Assembly: GCA_050749465.1 (NCBI GenBank)
Contig: JBOGRO010000020.1
Coordinates: 47,540 to 111,539 of the forward strand
DNA: 64,000 nucleotides
DNA from: Thermoplasmata archaeon
Lineage (GTDB): Archaea > Thermoplasmatota > Thermoplasmata > Lutacidiplasmatales > UBA184
Direction: 5' to 3'
Shown here piece after piece: positions 43,884 through 53,400 of this stretch; the stretch's first letter is position 1, and every line of letters starts with the position of its first letter. A program made the position numbers and the translations under genes. The notes below the pieces were generated by a model. That model saw only the letters and a program-made list of their open reading frames with translations, was not told the origin of the DNA and did no database searches.

Positions 43884-45529
43884 CCCCCTTCCCCCGGAGG
43901 GTCCTCCAACGCGGCGTAGGCGTCTACCGTGATATATTCCTCTAGCTCGCCGGCCGCGACGGCGTGATCGAGCAAACGCACCGCCCCTTCGAGCGTCGGC
44001 GACGGGGCCGAGCGCCCCCGCTCGGCGGCGAGGTCGCCGGCCTCCGCGGTGAGCGTCCGGCGAACGAGCGCGAGGTCGACGGGGGCGCCGTCTTCGGTGG
44101 TCGCGCCGTGGTGGACCCACTGCCAGAGCTGGCAGCGCGCGATCTCGACCGTCGCGGCGTCCTCCATCAGGTGGTCGATCGGAACGCAGCCGATCCCGCG
44201 GAGCCAGGACTCGAGGTAGCGTACCGAGACGCGGACGTTCCGACGGACCCCCTCGCGCGTCACCGGCCCTGCGGGTAGCCGAAGGAGATCCTCGGCGGGG
44301 ACCGAGGGACCCGATGGTGGGCGGTCGATCTGGTTCGGCCCCGGCATTCGCGCGTCGAAGGCGGTGCGGGCGACGGCCACGAGACCCGGGTGCGCGACCC
44401 ACGTCCCGTCGTGCCCCGCCGCGGCCTCGCGCTCCTTGTCCGCGCGGACGAAGGCGAGCGCCCGCTCGTTCGCCGCCGGGTCGTCCCGGATCGGGATCTG
44501 CGCCGCCATCCCGCCCATCGCGTGCGCGCCGCGGCGGTGGCAGACCTCGACCAGCCGGCGCGAGTACGCCGAGAGGAACGGAGTCGTCATCGTCAGCGCC
44601 GCGCGGTCCGGGAAGCAGAGTCGCCGGTCGTCCCGGTACTGCTTGATGACGCTGAAGAGGTAGTCCCAGCGGCCGCAGTTCAGTCCGACCGAGTGCTCCC
44701 GCAGTTCGTAGAGGATCTCGTCCATCTGAAACGCGGCGGGCAGCGTCTCGATAAGGACCGTCGCCCGTGCGGTGCCCGCGCGGAGCCCGAGGGTCTCCTC
44801 CGAGGCCCGGAGGACGTCGTCCCAGAGGCGCGCCTCCCGAGAGTCTTCGATCTTCGGGAAGTAGAAGTACGGCCCTGTACCGCGGGCCACGAGTTCGCGG
44901 GCGTTATGGAAGAAGAACAGTCCGAAGTCGAAGAGGCTCGCCGAAACGGGCCGACCGTCGATCGTGACGTGCCGCTCGTCGAGGTGCCAACCTCTCGGCC
45001 GCACCATGAGCGTCGCGAGACGGGGGCCGAGTCGATACTCGCGGCCTTCGGGGGAGTGGTAGTCGATGCGCCGGCGCACTGCGTCGACCAGATTCCCCTG
45101 GCCCTCGACGGTCGACGACCAGGTCGGTGAGTGCGAGTCCTCGAAGTCGGCCATGTAGACCGACGCCCCGGAATTCAACGCATTGATCACCATCTTACGG
45201 TCGACCGGCCCGGTGATCTCGACCCGGCGGTCGAGGAGGTCGTGGGGAGGCGGGGGCACTCTCCACTCCGCGCTCCGGATCCTCGACGTTTCCACCGGGA
45301 ACTCCGGACGACCCCCGGAACGAACGAGGGCGCGGAACGCGCCGCGGGCGCGGAGCGCCTCGTGCCGACGCTCTTCGAAGCGGTCGTGGAGCGTCGTGAC
45401 GAAGTCGAGCGCGTCCACCGTCAAGATGTCGTGGTCGCGCCCCGTGGGCGGACCCCTGACAGCAACTCGGGAGAGCTGCCGGCCAATCCGCTTGTTCCGG
45501 CCCCGTTCCCCGGCTCGTGCGGCGGGCAT
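43880..45529 (-). CDS. aceB: Malate synthase A
   Basis: ATG at 45529 ([10 protein letters not shown]...); 549 aa. [22 protein letters not shown] and DGTWVAHPG are present. Confidence 0.9.
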   Translation of the reverse strand: MPAARAGERGRNKRIGRQLSRVAVRGPPTGRDHDILTVDALDFVTTLHDRFEERRHEALRARGAFRALVRSGGRPEFPVETSRIRSAEWRVPPPPHDLLDRRVEITGPVDRKMVINALNSGASVYMADFEDSHSPTWSSTVEGQGNLVDAVRRRIDYHSPEGREYRLGPRLATLMVRPRGWHLDERHVTIDGRPVSASLFDFGLFFFHNARELVARGTGPYFYFPKIEDSREARLWDDVLRASEETLGLRAGTARATVLIETLPAAFQMDEILYELREHSVGLNCGRWDYLFSVIKQYRDDRRLCFPDRAALTMTTPFLSAYSRRLVEVCHRRGAHAMGGMAAQIPIRDDPAANERALAFVRADKEREAAAGHDGTWVAHPGLVAVARTAFDARMPGPNQIDRPPSGPSVPAEDLLRLPAGPVTREGVRRNVRVSVRYLESWLRGIGCVPIDHLMEDAATVEIARCQLWQWVHHGATTEDGAPVDLALVRRTLTAEAGDLAAERGRSAPSPTLEGAVRLLDHAVAAGELEEYITVDAYAALEDPPGEGG

Positions 45530-45630
45530 GATTTGGCGACACCCGTGCTCGCTGGATCCGACTACGAGCCCCGACCCCGAGCGGAGAACTCGAGTCCGTT
45601 CGGAGAGATAAGCCGGTGTCCCACGTCCAA

Positions 45631-46227
45631 TCAGGGGGTCTTCGGTCCTCGTCCCCTGGGGGGAGTCGGGGCGGAGCCCGCCGAGGACTCCGCGAGGCGG
45701 AAGTCGAGGCGCATCTGGTTCGTCGGGGTGAAACCGACCTTCTCGTAGATCGGCCGACCAATCTCGGTCGAATGCAGCTCGACCCGAGTATATCCCCGGC
45801 GACGGGCGGACGCGACCAGTGCGGCGACAATCTGCGAGCCGAGCCCGTGACGGCGATGCGCCGGGTCGGTGTAAACCGACAGGATGTAGGGCGTTCGTTG
45901 GTGCGGGAAGCGGGGGGAGGGCTGTCGGGGTTGGAGCCACAGGAGACCGGTAGCGACGGGCACACCGGCGGAAGTCTCCGCGACGAGCCCCCACAGGTGA
46001 CGCGCGCAGAACTCTCGATGGAACCACCGACGGAAGACCGGTCCGTACGCCGAGATCGCCGGCGCCGCGAGCTCCCCGTACGAGCGGAACATCTCCATTC
46101 GGTGAGCCAAGATGGTGCCGGCGTCTCGTTCGCGAACCTTGCGAATCCGGTAGACGGGCCGGGGGGCCCGTCCCGTCTTCCGAGCTCGCCGCCCGACCCG
46201 CGGCGGTCCGTTTCGAGGTGACGGCAT
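45631..46227 (-). CDS. GNAT-family N-acetyltransferase
   Basis: 198 aa. The acetyl-CoA binding motif is VYTDPAHRRHGLGSQIVAALV, followed by YEKVGF. Confidence 0.8.
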   Translation of the reverse strand: MPSPRNGPPRVGRRARKTGRAPRPVYRIRKVRERDAGTILAHRMEMFRSYGELAAPAISAYGPVFRRWFHREFCARHLWGLVAETSAGVPVATGLLWLQPRQPSPRFPHQRTPYILSVYTDPAHRRHGLGSQIVAALVASARRRGYTRVELHSTEIGRPIYEKVGFTPTNQMRLDFRLAESSAGSAPTPPRGRGPKTP

Positions 46228-46247
46228 CGATAGAACGAACCGACGGA

Positions 46248-46253
46248 TTATAA
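46248..46253. promoter_or_regulatory. Palindromic TATA box (TTATAA) shared by divergent genes
   Basis: The only AT-rich element in the 49-nt intergenic region. Its centre is about 23.5 nt from the ATG at 46227 (minus) and about 26.5 nt from the GTG at 46277 (plus). Confidence 0.5.
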
Positions 46254-46276
46254 GTCGGGAAGATAGCTACTACCCG

Positions 46277-47629
46277 GTGTCAGAGGCTGCCGGCGCCGAG
46301 CGAATGCTGTCGATCGTGAGTCTCGTAGAGACTCGGCGGTACATACGCCGCGCGCACGCGCGGATGATGGTGGTCTTCTTCGCGATCCTCTACGCGCTCG
46401 GCTCCATGGTCCTCGGGGGGATGCTGCTGCTGACCCGGGTGCGCGGCGGCTACACGAGCGAGATCATGTGGGGCTCGGCTCTCGGGACCGGCCAGTGGAA
46501 CTACCCGGGGATACTGATCGTCGCCCCCTGGGGGGTCGTCACCCTGCCGTTCCTGGCGACGATCTCGATGATCGTCGTCTCCATCGGTGTCGGCATCGGC
46601 GTCTCCGTCGCGATCCTGATCTCCGCCCGCCTGATCCAGGACCGCCGTCGCGCCACGGCGACACCGGGCGTCGTCGGCTCGGTAGCGGGGCTCACGCCCG
46701 CGATGATCGCGCTCGTGACCCTCGGTGCGTGTTGCTCGACCACGGCGGCCGCGACCGCGGGAGTCGGACTGGTCGCCCAGGCGAGCGGCTCGAACCTCAA
46801 CAGCCTCCTCGTCAACAACTGGTACCTCGACCTGTTCCAGATGACGGTGATCTTCGTGGCGCTCCTCGCCCAGGAGATGCTGCTGGAGGTGTACGGGGGC
46901 CTCTTCGGGCTGGAACCCCGGGGCGACTCGAACGCGATGGCGCCGCCGCTCGCGTCGCCCGGAGCGGCCCGTCGGATCGCGGGGGGTGCGCTCCGCGCCA
47001 CCCTTCTGCTCGGGGGGGTGACGTGGTCGCTGGCGATGTTCGCGGAGTGGACCACGGTCTCCCCAGCGACCGCGAGCGCGGGCCTATGGTTCCAATGGAT
47101 CTTCCAGCACCAGCTCCTCGGCGGGTTCGCGATCGTGGCCGCCCTCTTCCCGAGCACGGTGATCTCGGTCGTGACCCGGCGGGCCACGACGACTGCGGGG
47201 TATGCATTCCGGACCGCGTTGCTCCTCAGCGGGCTTTCGCTCGCGGCGTGGGTCCCACCCGCGGTCGCGGCGAGCGGCGCTCCCGGCTTCGTCAACGAAC
47301 TTTTGGGAGCGGGGGGTTTCTCCGCCGCATGGGGCGCGGTCGCGCCGGTGTACTCCCCCGGAGTCGCTCTGTTCCTCCGCTGGGGGTCTCAGTACGTGCT
47401 GCTCGGCGGGTTCGCGGTCGCGGTCGCGCTCGCGCCCCGGGTCGCACTTTCCCCGCTCGCCTGGACGCTGGGCCTCCCCCGGCGGGCCAGCAGCGCCGGC
47501 GTGAACCCCGCACCGGCGCCGCGGTCCACCCCGTTCGATACCCCGGGCGCAGACCTCTCGTTCGAGAGCCGGGCAAGCCGACTCGATGTCCCGGCACCGG
47601 CGCGCGCCGGGGTCGTCCGGGAGCCTTGA
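46277..47629 (+). CDS. Polytopic membrane protein, uncharacterised (contains a TM-embedded GACCSTTAAATAG motif)
   Basis: 450 aa with about 10 predicted TM helices by eye. GTG start at leaderless distance from the TATA. No family recognised. Confidence 0.65.
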   Translation: MSEAAGAERMLSIVSLVETRRYIRRAHARMMVVFFAILYALGSMVLGGMLLLTRVRGGYTSEIMWGSALGTGQWNYPGILIVAPWGVVTLPFLATISMIVVSIGVGIGVSVAILISARLIQDRRRATATPGVVGSVAGLTPAMIALVTLGACCSTTAAATAGVGLVAQASGSNLNSLLVNNWYLDLFQMTVIFVALLAQEMLLEVYGGLFGLEPRGDSNAMAPPLASPGAARRIAGGALRATLLLGGVTWSLAMFAEWTTVSPATASAGLWFQWIFQHQLLGGFAIVAALFPSTVISVVTRRATTTAGYAFRTALLLSGLSLAAWVPPAVAASGAPGFVNELLGAGGFSAAWGAVAPVYSPGVALFLRWGSQYVLLGGFAVAVALAPRVALSPLAWTLGLPRRASSAGVNPAPAPRSTPFDTPGADLSFESRASRLDVPAPARAGVVREP

Positions 47630-47660
47630 CCCCGGCCCGCCGGACATTGGGAGGACTCGA

Positions 47661-49778
47661 ATGATCGCGGCCGGCCTGCTCCTCTGGCCGATCGCCGCGG
47701 GGATGGCCGTCGTCACGGCGGCTCTGCTCAAGTGGGCCGCGGACGCACGGACTCCGTTGCGGGCGGCGACGGTCCTGTTCCTCTTGATCATGATGGTCGC
47801 GATGATCGGCGGTGCCGCGATCTACTACCTTCACCCGGGGGCGACGAGCCTCGTCGAGGGGTTCTGGGTCGCGAGCGCCGTGATGTCGGTGAGCGTCGTC
47901 GCCGTCTTTTACGCGTTCTTGGAGGAGGCGCGCCTCCGCCTCGCAGTGGGAGCGGGGTACTCGCCGCCGCTGCTCCGTTCGCGCCGTACGTTCGTCGTCT
48001 CGGTAGTCGGTGTCGTTCTCCTGAACGAGCTCCTGATGGGCTGGACTTTCTCCGCCGCGGCTGGGCTGTCCCTCAGTGCCGGCGCGGGCGGCGTCGCGGG
48101 CGCGGTGGCGTTGCTGTCGAGCGTCGTCGCCTCGCCGTGGTTCCTGTTCACGATGTCGGCGGAGATGGGCGTCACGACCTACCTGCTGCGGGACCGGATC
48201 TCCCCGGCCTTCTATCGGGTCCTGCTCGTGCAATCCCTCATCATGTTCTTCTCGCCGACCGCGATCGCGGCGGGGAGCTGGGTCGCGCTCAGCATCTACC
48301 TGTCGAGCTCGGCGATGATCGTGCTCATCGTCTACCTCATGGAGTTCATCTACCGCCACCGGCAGCTCGACCTCGGGTTCTCCCGTTACATCGTGGCGCT
48401 GCTCGCCGTCTACTCGGCCATGATGGCCGGGCAGTTCCTGTGGCTCTATTATCCGGGCTGGACCGACCTCTTCGCGCTCAGCGTCGTCGCGGAGATGGTC
48501 CTGTTCTTCGCGGCGGTCGTTCGGCCCGAGCGTTCCGAGGGCGGTGTCGGGCGTCCGTGGCAGCTCGACCCGGGATGGGCTTTCCGGCTGCTCGCGTGCA
48601 TCTTCGTCGCCGAGGTCTTCATGGGGGCGCTCCTCGACCTCCAGATTCAGCCCGACGCCTACGTGGGTGCGTTCTTCACGCTCCCGCTCAGCGGCGCACC
48701 GGCGACGATCCTCTACGACGCCGTCTACAACGGGTTCTGGTTCCTCGCCGGCGTCACCGCTTCGACCTGGTTCCTCACGATGATGGGGATCGAGATGGGG
48801 GCGCTGATGTACTTCAAGTTCCGCGAGACCCGAGAGCTCGAGACCCGCGTCCGGATCCTCCTGACGATGGGTTGCTACGGCGCCTTCGCGGTCTTCTTCC
48901 CGAGCGTCTACTACGCCGCGGTCTTCCCCCAGGCACCGCAGGGGACCGCGGTGCCGGTGCTCGGCTGGTCGATGGGGGTCGGCTCGGCGGAGCTCGCCTC
49001 CGCCGTCTTCATCGTGGTCGTCGTCACCTACCTCGTCACCGGCGCGCTGGTCGTCCTCTTCGGCCGCCGCGTGATCTGTTCCGTGTTCTGCACCGCCCCC
49101 CTCATGTACCAGGGGACGGCGCTCGACGCGATGAAATCGTTCAACCGGACCGAGTGGCCCGCGAAGAAGTACCTCGGCAGCCGGTTCTCGACCGCCTACT
49201 CGGTCACGACCGGCCTCGTCGTCGGCTCCCTCGCCCTTGCGTCGATCGCCTCCTACCTCAACACGACCGGCGTCTGGGCCGTACAGGTCCTCTCGGCCGA
49301 TCCGACCGTCTTCCTCTTCTCGCTGTACTTCGGGATCCTGTGGTATGTCCTGTTCGTGACGATCCCGTACACCGGGAACTACAACTGCGTCACGATGGGC
49401 TGGTGCTACACGGGCCAGATCGCCGCGGCGTTCCACCGGATCGGCTTCTCGAAGCTCAAGGTCCGGGACCGGGGGATCTGCCGGGCGTGCACGACGCTCG
49501 ACTGCGCGAAGGCGTGCCCGGTCGGACTCGTCGACATGCCGGGGCACTTCCGCACGAAGGGCGAGTTCCGCAGCTCGAAGTGCTGCGGGGTCGGCAACTG
49601 CGCGGGCGCCTGCCCGTATGGGAACCTCTACCTCTCGGACGTCCGCCACTGGATCCGCGAGCGGATCGGGACCCGGAGCGTCCCTCCCGTACGAGCCCGC
49701 CTCCCCATGGTCGCCGCGCGCCCCTCGCCCAGCCCAACGAACGCGCCGGTCACCGCATCGCCTTCGCGCGCCGACTAG
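47661..49778 (+). CDS. Large polytopic membrane protein fused to a NapH/FixG-like membrane polyferredoxin module (2x[4Fe-4S])
   Basis: ATG at 47661, preceded by GGAGGA 6 nt upstream (track start 47586 gives a junk-like N-terminus). About 14 or more TM helices. Cys motifs are RRVICSVFCTAP, NCVTMGWCYTG, CRACTTLDCAKACP and CCGVGNCAGACP. Confidence 0.7.
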   Translation: MIAAGLLLWPIAAGMAVVTAALLKWAADARTPLRAATVLFLLIMMVAMIGGAAIYYLHPGATSLVEGFWVASAVMSVSVVAVFYAFLEEARLRLAVGAGYSPPLLRSRRTFVVSVVGVVLLNELLMGWTFSAAAGLSLSAGAGGVAGAVALLSSVVASPWFLFTMSAEMGVTTYLLRDRISPAFYRVLLVQSLIMFFSPTAIAAGSWVALSIYLSSSAMIVLIVYLMEFIYRHRQLDLGFSRYIVALLAVYSAMMAGQFLWLYYPGWTDLFALSVVAEMVLFFAAVVRPERSEGGVGRPWQLDPGWAFRLLACIFVAEVFMGALLDLQIQPDAYVGAFFTLPLSGAPATILYDAVYNGFWFLAGVTASTWFLTMMGIEMGALMYFKFRETRELETRVRILLTMGCYGAFAVFFPSVYYAAVFPQAPQGTAVPVLGWSMGVGSAELASAVFIVVVVTYLVTGALVVLFGRRVICSVFCTAPLMYQGTALDAMKSFNRTEWPAKKYLGSRFSTAYSVTTGLVVGSLALASIASYLNTTGVWAVQVLSADPTVFLFSLYFGILWYVLFVTIPYTGNYNCVTMGWCYTGQIAAAFHRIGFSKLKVRDRGICRACTTLDCAKACPVGLVDMPGHFRTKGEFRSSKCCGVGNCAGACPYGNLYLSDVRHWIRERIGTRSVPPVRARLPMVAARPSPSPTNAPVTASPSRAD

Positions 49779-50365
49779 CCGGGTCCCAGTCGGGCGAGGA
49801 CCGTCGCGGTCGTCTCGACGTCCGACATCGCTCGCAGCACGCGGAGGCCTTCGGCGTGGCCCTCGGGCGACGACGAGCCCACGGCATCCTCGACGACGAG
49901 TGGGTGGAAGCCGAGGGTGACCGCGTGCCGCGCGGTGCCCAGGATCCCGCCCTCGGTGCTCACCCCCGTGAGAACGATCGTCTCACACGCGCGGAACCGC
50001 AGGAGCTCCTCGATCGGGGTCCCCACAAAGAAGCTCGGCGTCGTCTTCGGGAGGACGAGCTCGTCGGCCCGGGGAGCGAGCTCGGGAAGGATCTCCCACT
50101 CTGGCGCGCCCGGGGTCAGCCGGAAACTGCCCGGGGCCATCCCCCGCCGCGCGGCCGCGCGGACCATCGCCGGATTCCCCCAGCCCTCGGGTAAGGTCGT
50201 GTGCTGACTGTAGACGACCGGGAGTCCCCGGGCGCGGTACGCCGCGAGGAGTGCGGCGACCCGGGGGACGATCTCGGTTCGATTGAAAGCGCGTCCGGCG
50301 ATCGCGTCCTGCATATCCCAGACGACGAGCGCGGAGCGCCGGAGGTCGAGCGGTTCGAGGGCCAT
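49775..50365 (-). CDS. Isochorismatase-family cysteine hydrolase
   Basis: 196 aa. ALVVWDMQ, K in LVLPKTT and the catalytic Cys region IVLTGVSTEGGI (Cys replaced in the canonical VxTxxCV position, so subfamily uncertain). The stop shares the CTAG tetranucleotide with the convergent upstream gene. Confidence 0.75.
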   Translation of the reverse strand: MALEPLDLRRSALVVWDMQDAIAGRAFNRTEIVPRVAALLAAYRARGLPVVYSQHTTLPEGWGNPAMVRAAARRGMAPGSFRLTPGAPEWEILPELAPRADELVLPKTTPSFFVGTPIEELLRFRACETIVLTGVSTEGGILGTARHAVTLGFHPLVVEDAVGSSSPEGHAEGLRVLRAMSDVETTATVLARLGPG

Positions 50366-50411
50366 GCGTGACGAGAGGGCGCACGAGCAGAAGAGCTCCG
50401 ACGCCGCGACC

Positions 50412-53400
50412 CTAGGAACGGGACCCAGTTTCGGGGGGCGACGGGGGAGGTACGGGCTTCGGCCGCGAGCGGACGATCACTCCGACGGCCACGCCGAGGA
50501 CCACGAGGAGGATGATTCCGACCACGATCCAGTCCCACGGGAAGGTACTCGCCGGCGACAGGTTCGACGACGAGAACGCGACCGCCTGGGTCGCCGCGGC
50601 TCCCGAGACGGTCACGTTGCCGTGGGTCGGGGTGCCGACCTCGCCGGGTACTGCCCCGACCGCGAAGGGGTACGTCCCGTTCGCGAGGAGGAAAGTGTGG
50701 TCGGGGGAACTGGAGTTCACGGTCTGACCGCCGGTGGAGACCGACCAGTCCGTCCCCGCCGGGAGGCCCGTCTCGGCGAACGTCACGACGTAGGTGAAGA
50801 CGGCAAAGGAGACCGACTCGGTCTCCGAAGATCCGTGGACCCCGACGACGCCGGACGCCGGCGTCGGAAGGTAGCCCGGTGACGCGACGAGGTACGGATA
50901 GGTCCCGTTCGCCTCGGCGATCACGTTCGACCCGGTCGCGCTGGACCGCGTCGTTCCGTCGAGCGTCACGGTCCACACGGTCCCGGTGGGGAGACCGCTC
51001 GCGTCGAACGTTACGGCGTAGGTCACGAGCGCGAACGGCACCGACACCGCGGCCGCGCGCCCCTGCACGGTGTAGACCGCGCCGGGGGAGGAGAAGCTCG
51101 AGTTCCCCGACCCGATCCCGTAGGAGTAGCTCCCGTTCGGCTCGGCGGTCGTGATCGTCGTCCCGGTCGAGCCGAGCGGTGACTGGCCGGTCTGGTTGAC
51201 CCACCACGGGGTCCCCGTGGGGAGGTCGCTCTCGGTGAACGTCACCGCGTACGTCACGAGCGAGAAGGCGGCCGGCTGGCTGACCGCGGCGCCGTTCACC
51301 GTGAAGTCGCCCCCGGCCCCGCTCCAGCTCCGGTTCGCGCTCGCGAGGGCGTAAAAGTACGTCCCGTTGGTGAGGGGGAAAGTGAGGGAGTCCCCGGTGG
51401 AGTTGAAGGACACGCCGTCGGTGACGTTCACCCACCACTCGGTCCCGCTCGGCAGACCGGACTCGGTGAAGGTGACGGGGTAGCGGTAGAGGGTGAATGT
51501 CACCGTCTCAGCGACCGGGGCCCCGTTCACGACGAAGTCGCTCACGTTCGTCGAGTACCCTTTGTTCGGGGTCGCCGTGGAGTAGTAGTAGGTCCCGTTG
51601 GCTTCGTTGAACTGAATGGTCGCGCTCGTCGTCTCGATCGCCGACTGACCCGTCGTGTTGAGCCACCACTCCGTGCCCGCGGGGAGTCCGACTTCCGTGA
51701 AGGTGACGGGGTACGTGACGACGGTGAAGACGACGGGCTCCGAGGCGTTCGCGCCCGCGACCGTCACGCTGCCGGAGTAGGCGGTGGAGTACCCGGGGAG
51801 GGCCCCGATCGACCAGCTCCACGTTCCGTTCGGTGCCCAAAACCCGATCGTCGGCGTCGTCGAGCTGTTCTTCACGCCGCCGAGCGTGACGGACCAATGG
51901 GTGCCCGCGGGTAGTCCGGACTCGGTGAACGTGACGAAGTAGTTGGTGGAGATGACGGAGAGCGTGCCCTGCGCGTAGTTGCCGACGTAAACGAGGGAGT
52001 TGAGCGGGTCACGGAGCACGGACTCGGGCCGTTGGCCGACGGGCACCGACGTCACGATGCGATCCGTCGTAGTGTTGATCGCGCTGACGCTCGCGTGGCT
52101 CAATGTGGTGACGAGCATCTCTCCGGCCCAAGCGTCGTAGGCGAGCGCCACGGGGTGCGTGTTGGTCGTGACACTCGTCACGGTCGTGTTCGTCGGGGCG
52201 TCGATGATGGTCACGTTCTTCGAGGCCAGGTTCGCGACGAAGACCTCGCGCTGCGCCGGGTCGTAGGTGACCGCGTCCGGATCGGTTCCGACCGCGATCG
52301 TCGCGACGACCTCGTGCACCGTGTCGTTGATGACGCTCGTGTTGTTCGTCAGCTCGTTGGCGACGAAGATCTCTCCGGCACCCGGGTCGTACGCGAGGGC
52401 GTCCGGACCGCCGCCCGTGGTCACGTTCGCGACCACCTCGTTGTTCGAGGCGTCGATGACCGTCGTGTTGTTCGACATCGAGTTGGCGACGTAGACCTCG
52501 TTCTGGCCGGAGTCATACGTGACGGCGACCGGGAAGTAGCCCGCGCCGAGGGTGTAGGCGACCTGGTTCGTGTTGACGTCGATGACGCTCACGCTGTTCG
52601 ACGCCGAGTTCGCGACGAACACCTCCATCTGCGCCGGGTCGAACGCCGCGGAGTAAGGGTGGTACCCGACCGAAATGTTCGCGACGATCACGTTCGAGGT
52701 GTCGTTGATCACCTCGACGCTGTTCGAGAACTCGTCCGGAACGAAGAGTTCCGCCAGCGGGGGGTCGAGCGCGATCCCCCGAGGCGTGGCCCCGATCCCG
52801 ACGGATGCGACCGTGAGGTCCGTAGTGTCGTTGACCACCGTGATCTTGTCCGAGCCACTGCTTTCGACGAAGACCTCCCCCACCGACGGGTCGTAGGTCA
52901 CGCCCGAGGGGTGCGAGTCCACGGCGACGATCGTAGCGATGGTGTTCCCGGTGTCGTCAATGACGTAGACGTCGCGGGGTCCGCGGTTCGAAACGAACAC
53001 TTCCCCGTGCCCGGGGTCGTAGGCGACCCCGCTCGGGTTGCTCGCGACGGTCACGGTGGTGAGCACGGGATAGGGAGAGGAGCCGCTGACGACGCTGACG
53101 TTCCGGGACCCCTGATTGGCGACGTACACCTCGTGCGTCCCGTAGTCGTACGCCTCCGCAGCGGGGTTGGTGCCCACGTTCACCGTCGCGATGACCTGGT
53201 TGAGCGTGTCGTTGATCACGCTGACGGTGTCGGAGCCGTAGTTCGCGACGTAGATGTCGCCGGTCGCGTTGTCATAGGCGACCGCGTCGGGCTCGAGGCC
53301 GACGGCGACGTTTTTGACCACGACGTTCCGGGTGTCGTTGATCACCGTGACGTTGTTCGAGGCGTTGTTCGCGACGTACACGTCGCCCACCGAGGGGTCG

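Noticed and set aside
45530-45630. Possible TATA (CTTATCT on the minus strand near 45605-45612) and a ~75-nt leader for aceB
   Set aside because: The spacing does not fit the leaderless pattern seen elsewhere and the element is weak. The evidence is insufficient to annotate a promoter.
49775-49778. CTAG tetranucleotide providing the stop codons of both convergent genes (plus-strand TAG 49776-49778, minus-strand TAG on 49777-49775)
   Set aside because: It is real in the sequence but probably a trivial consequence of compact convergent genes. No evidence of function beyond possible shared 3'-end formation.
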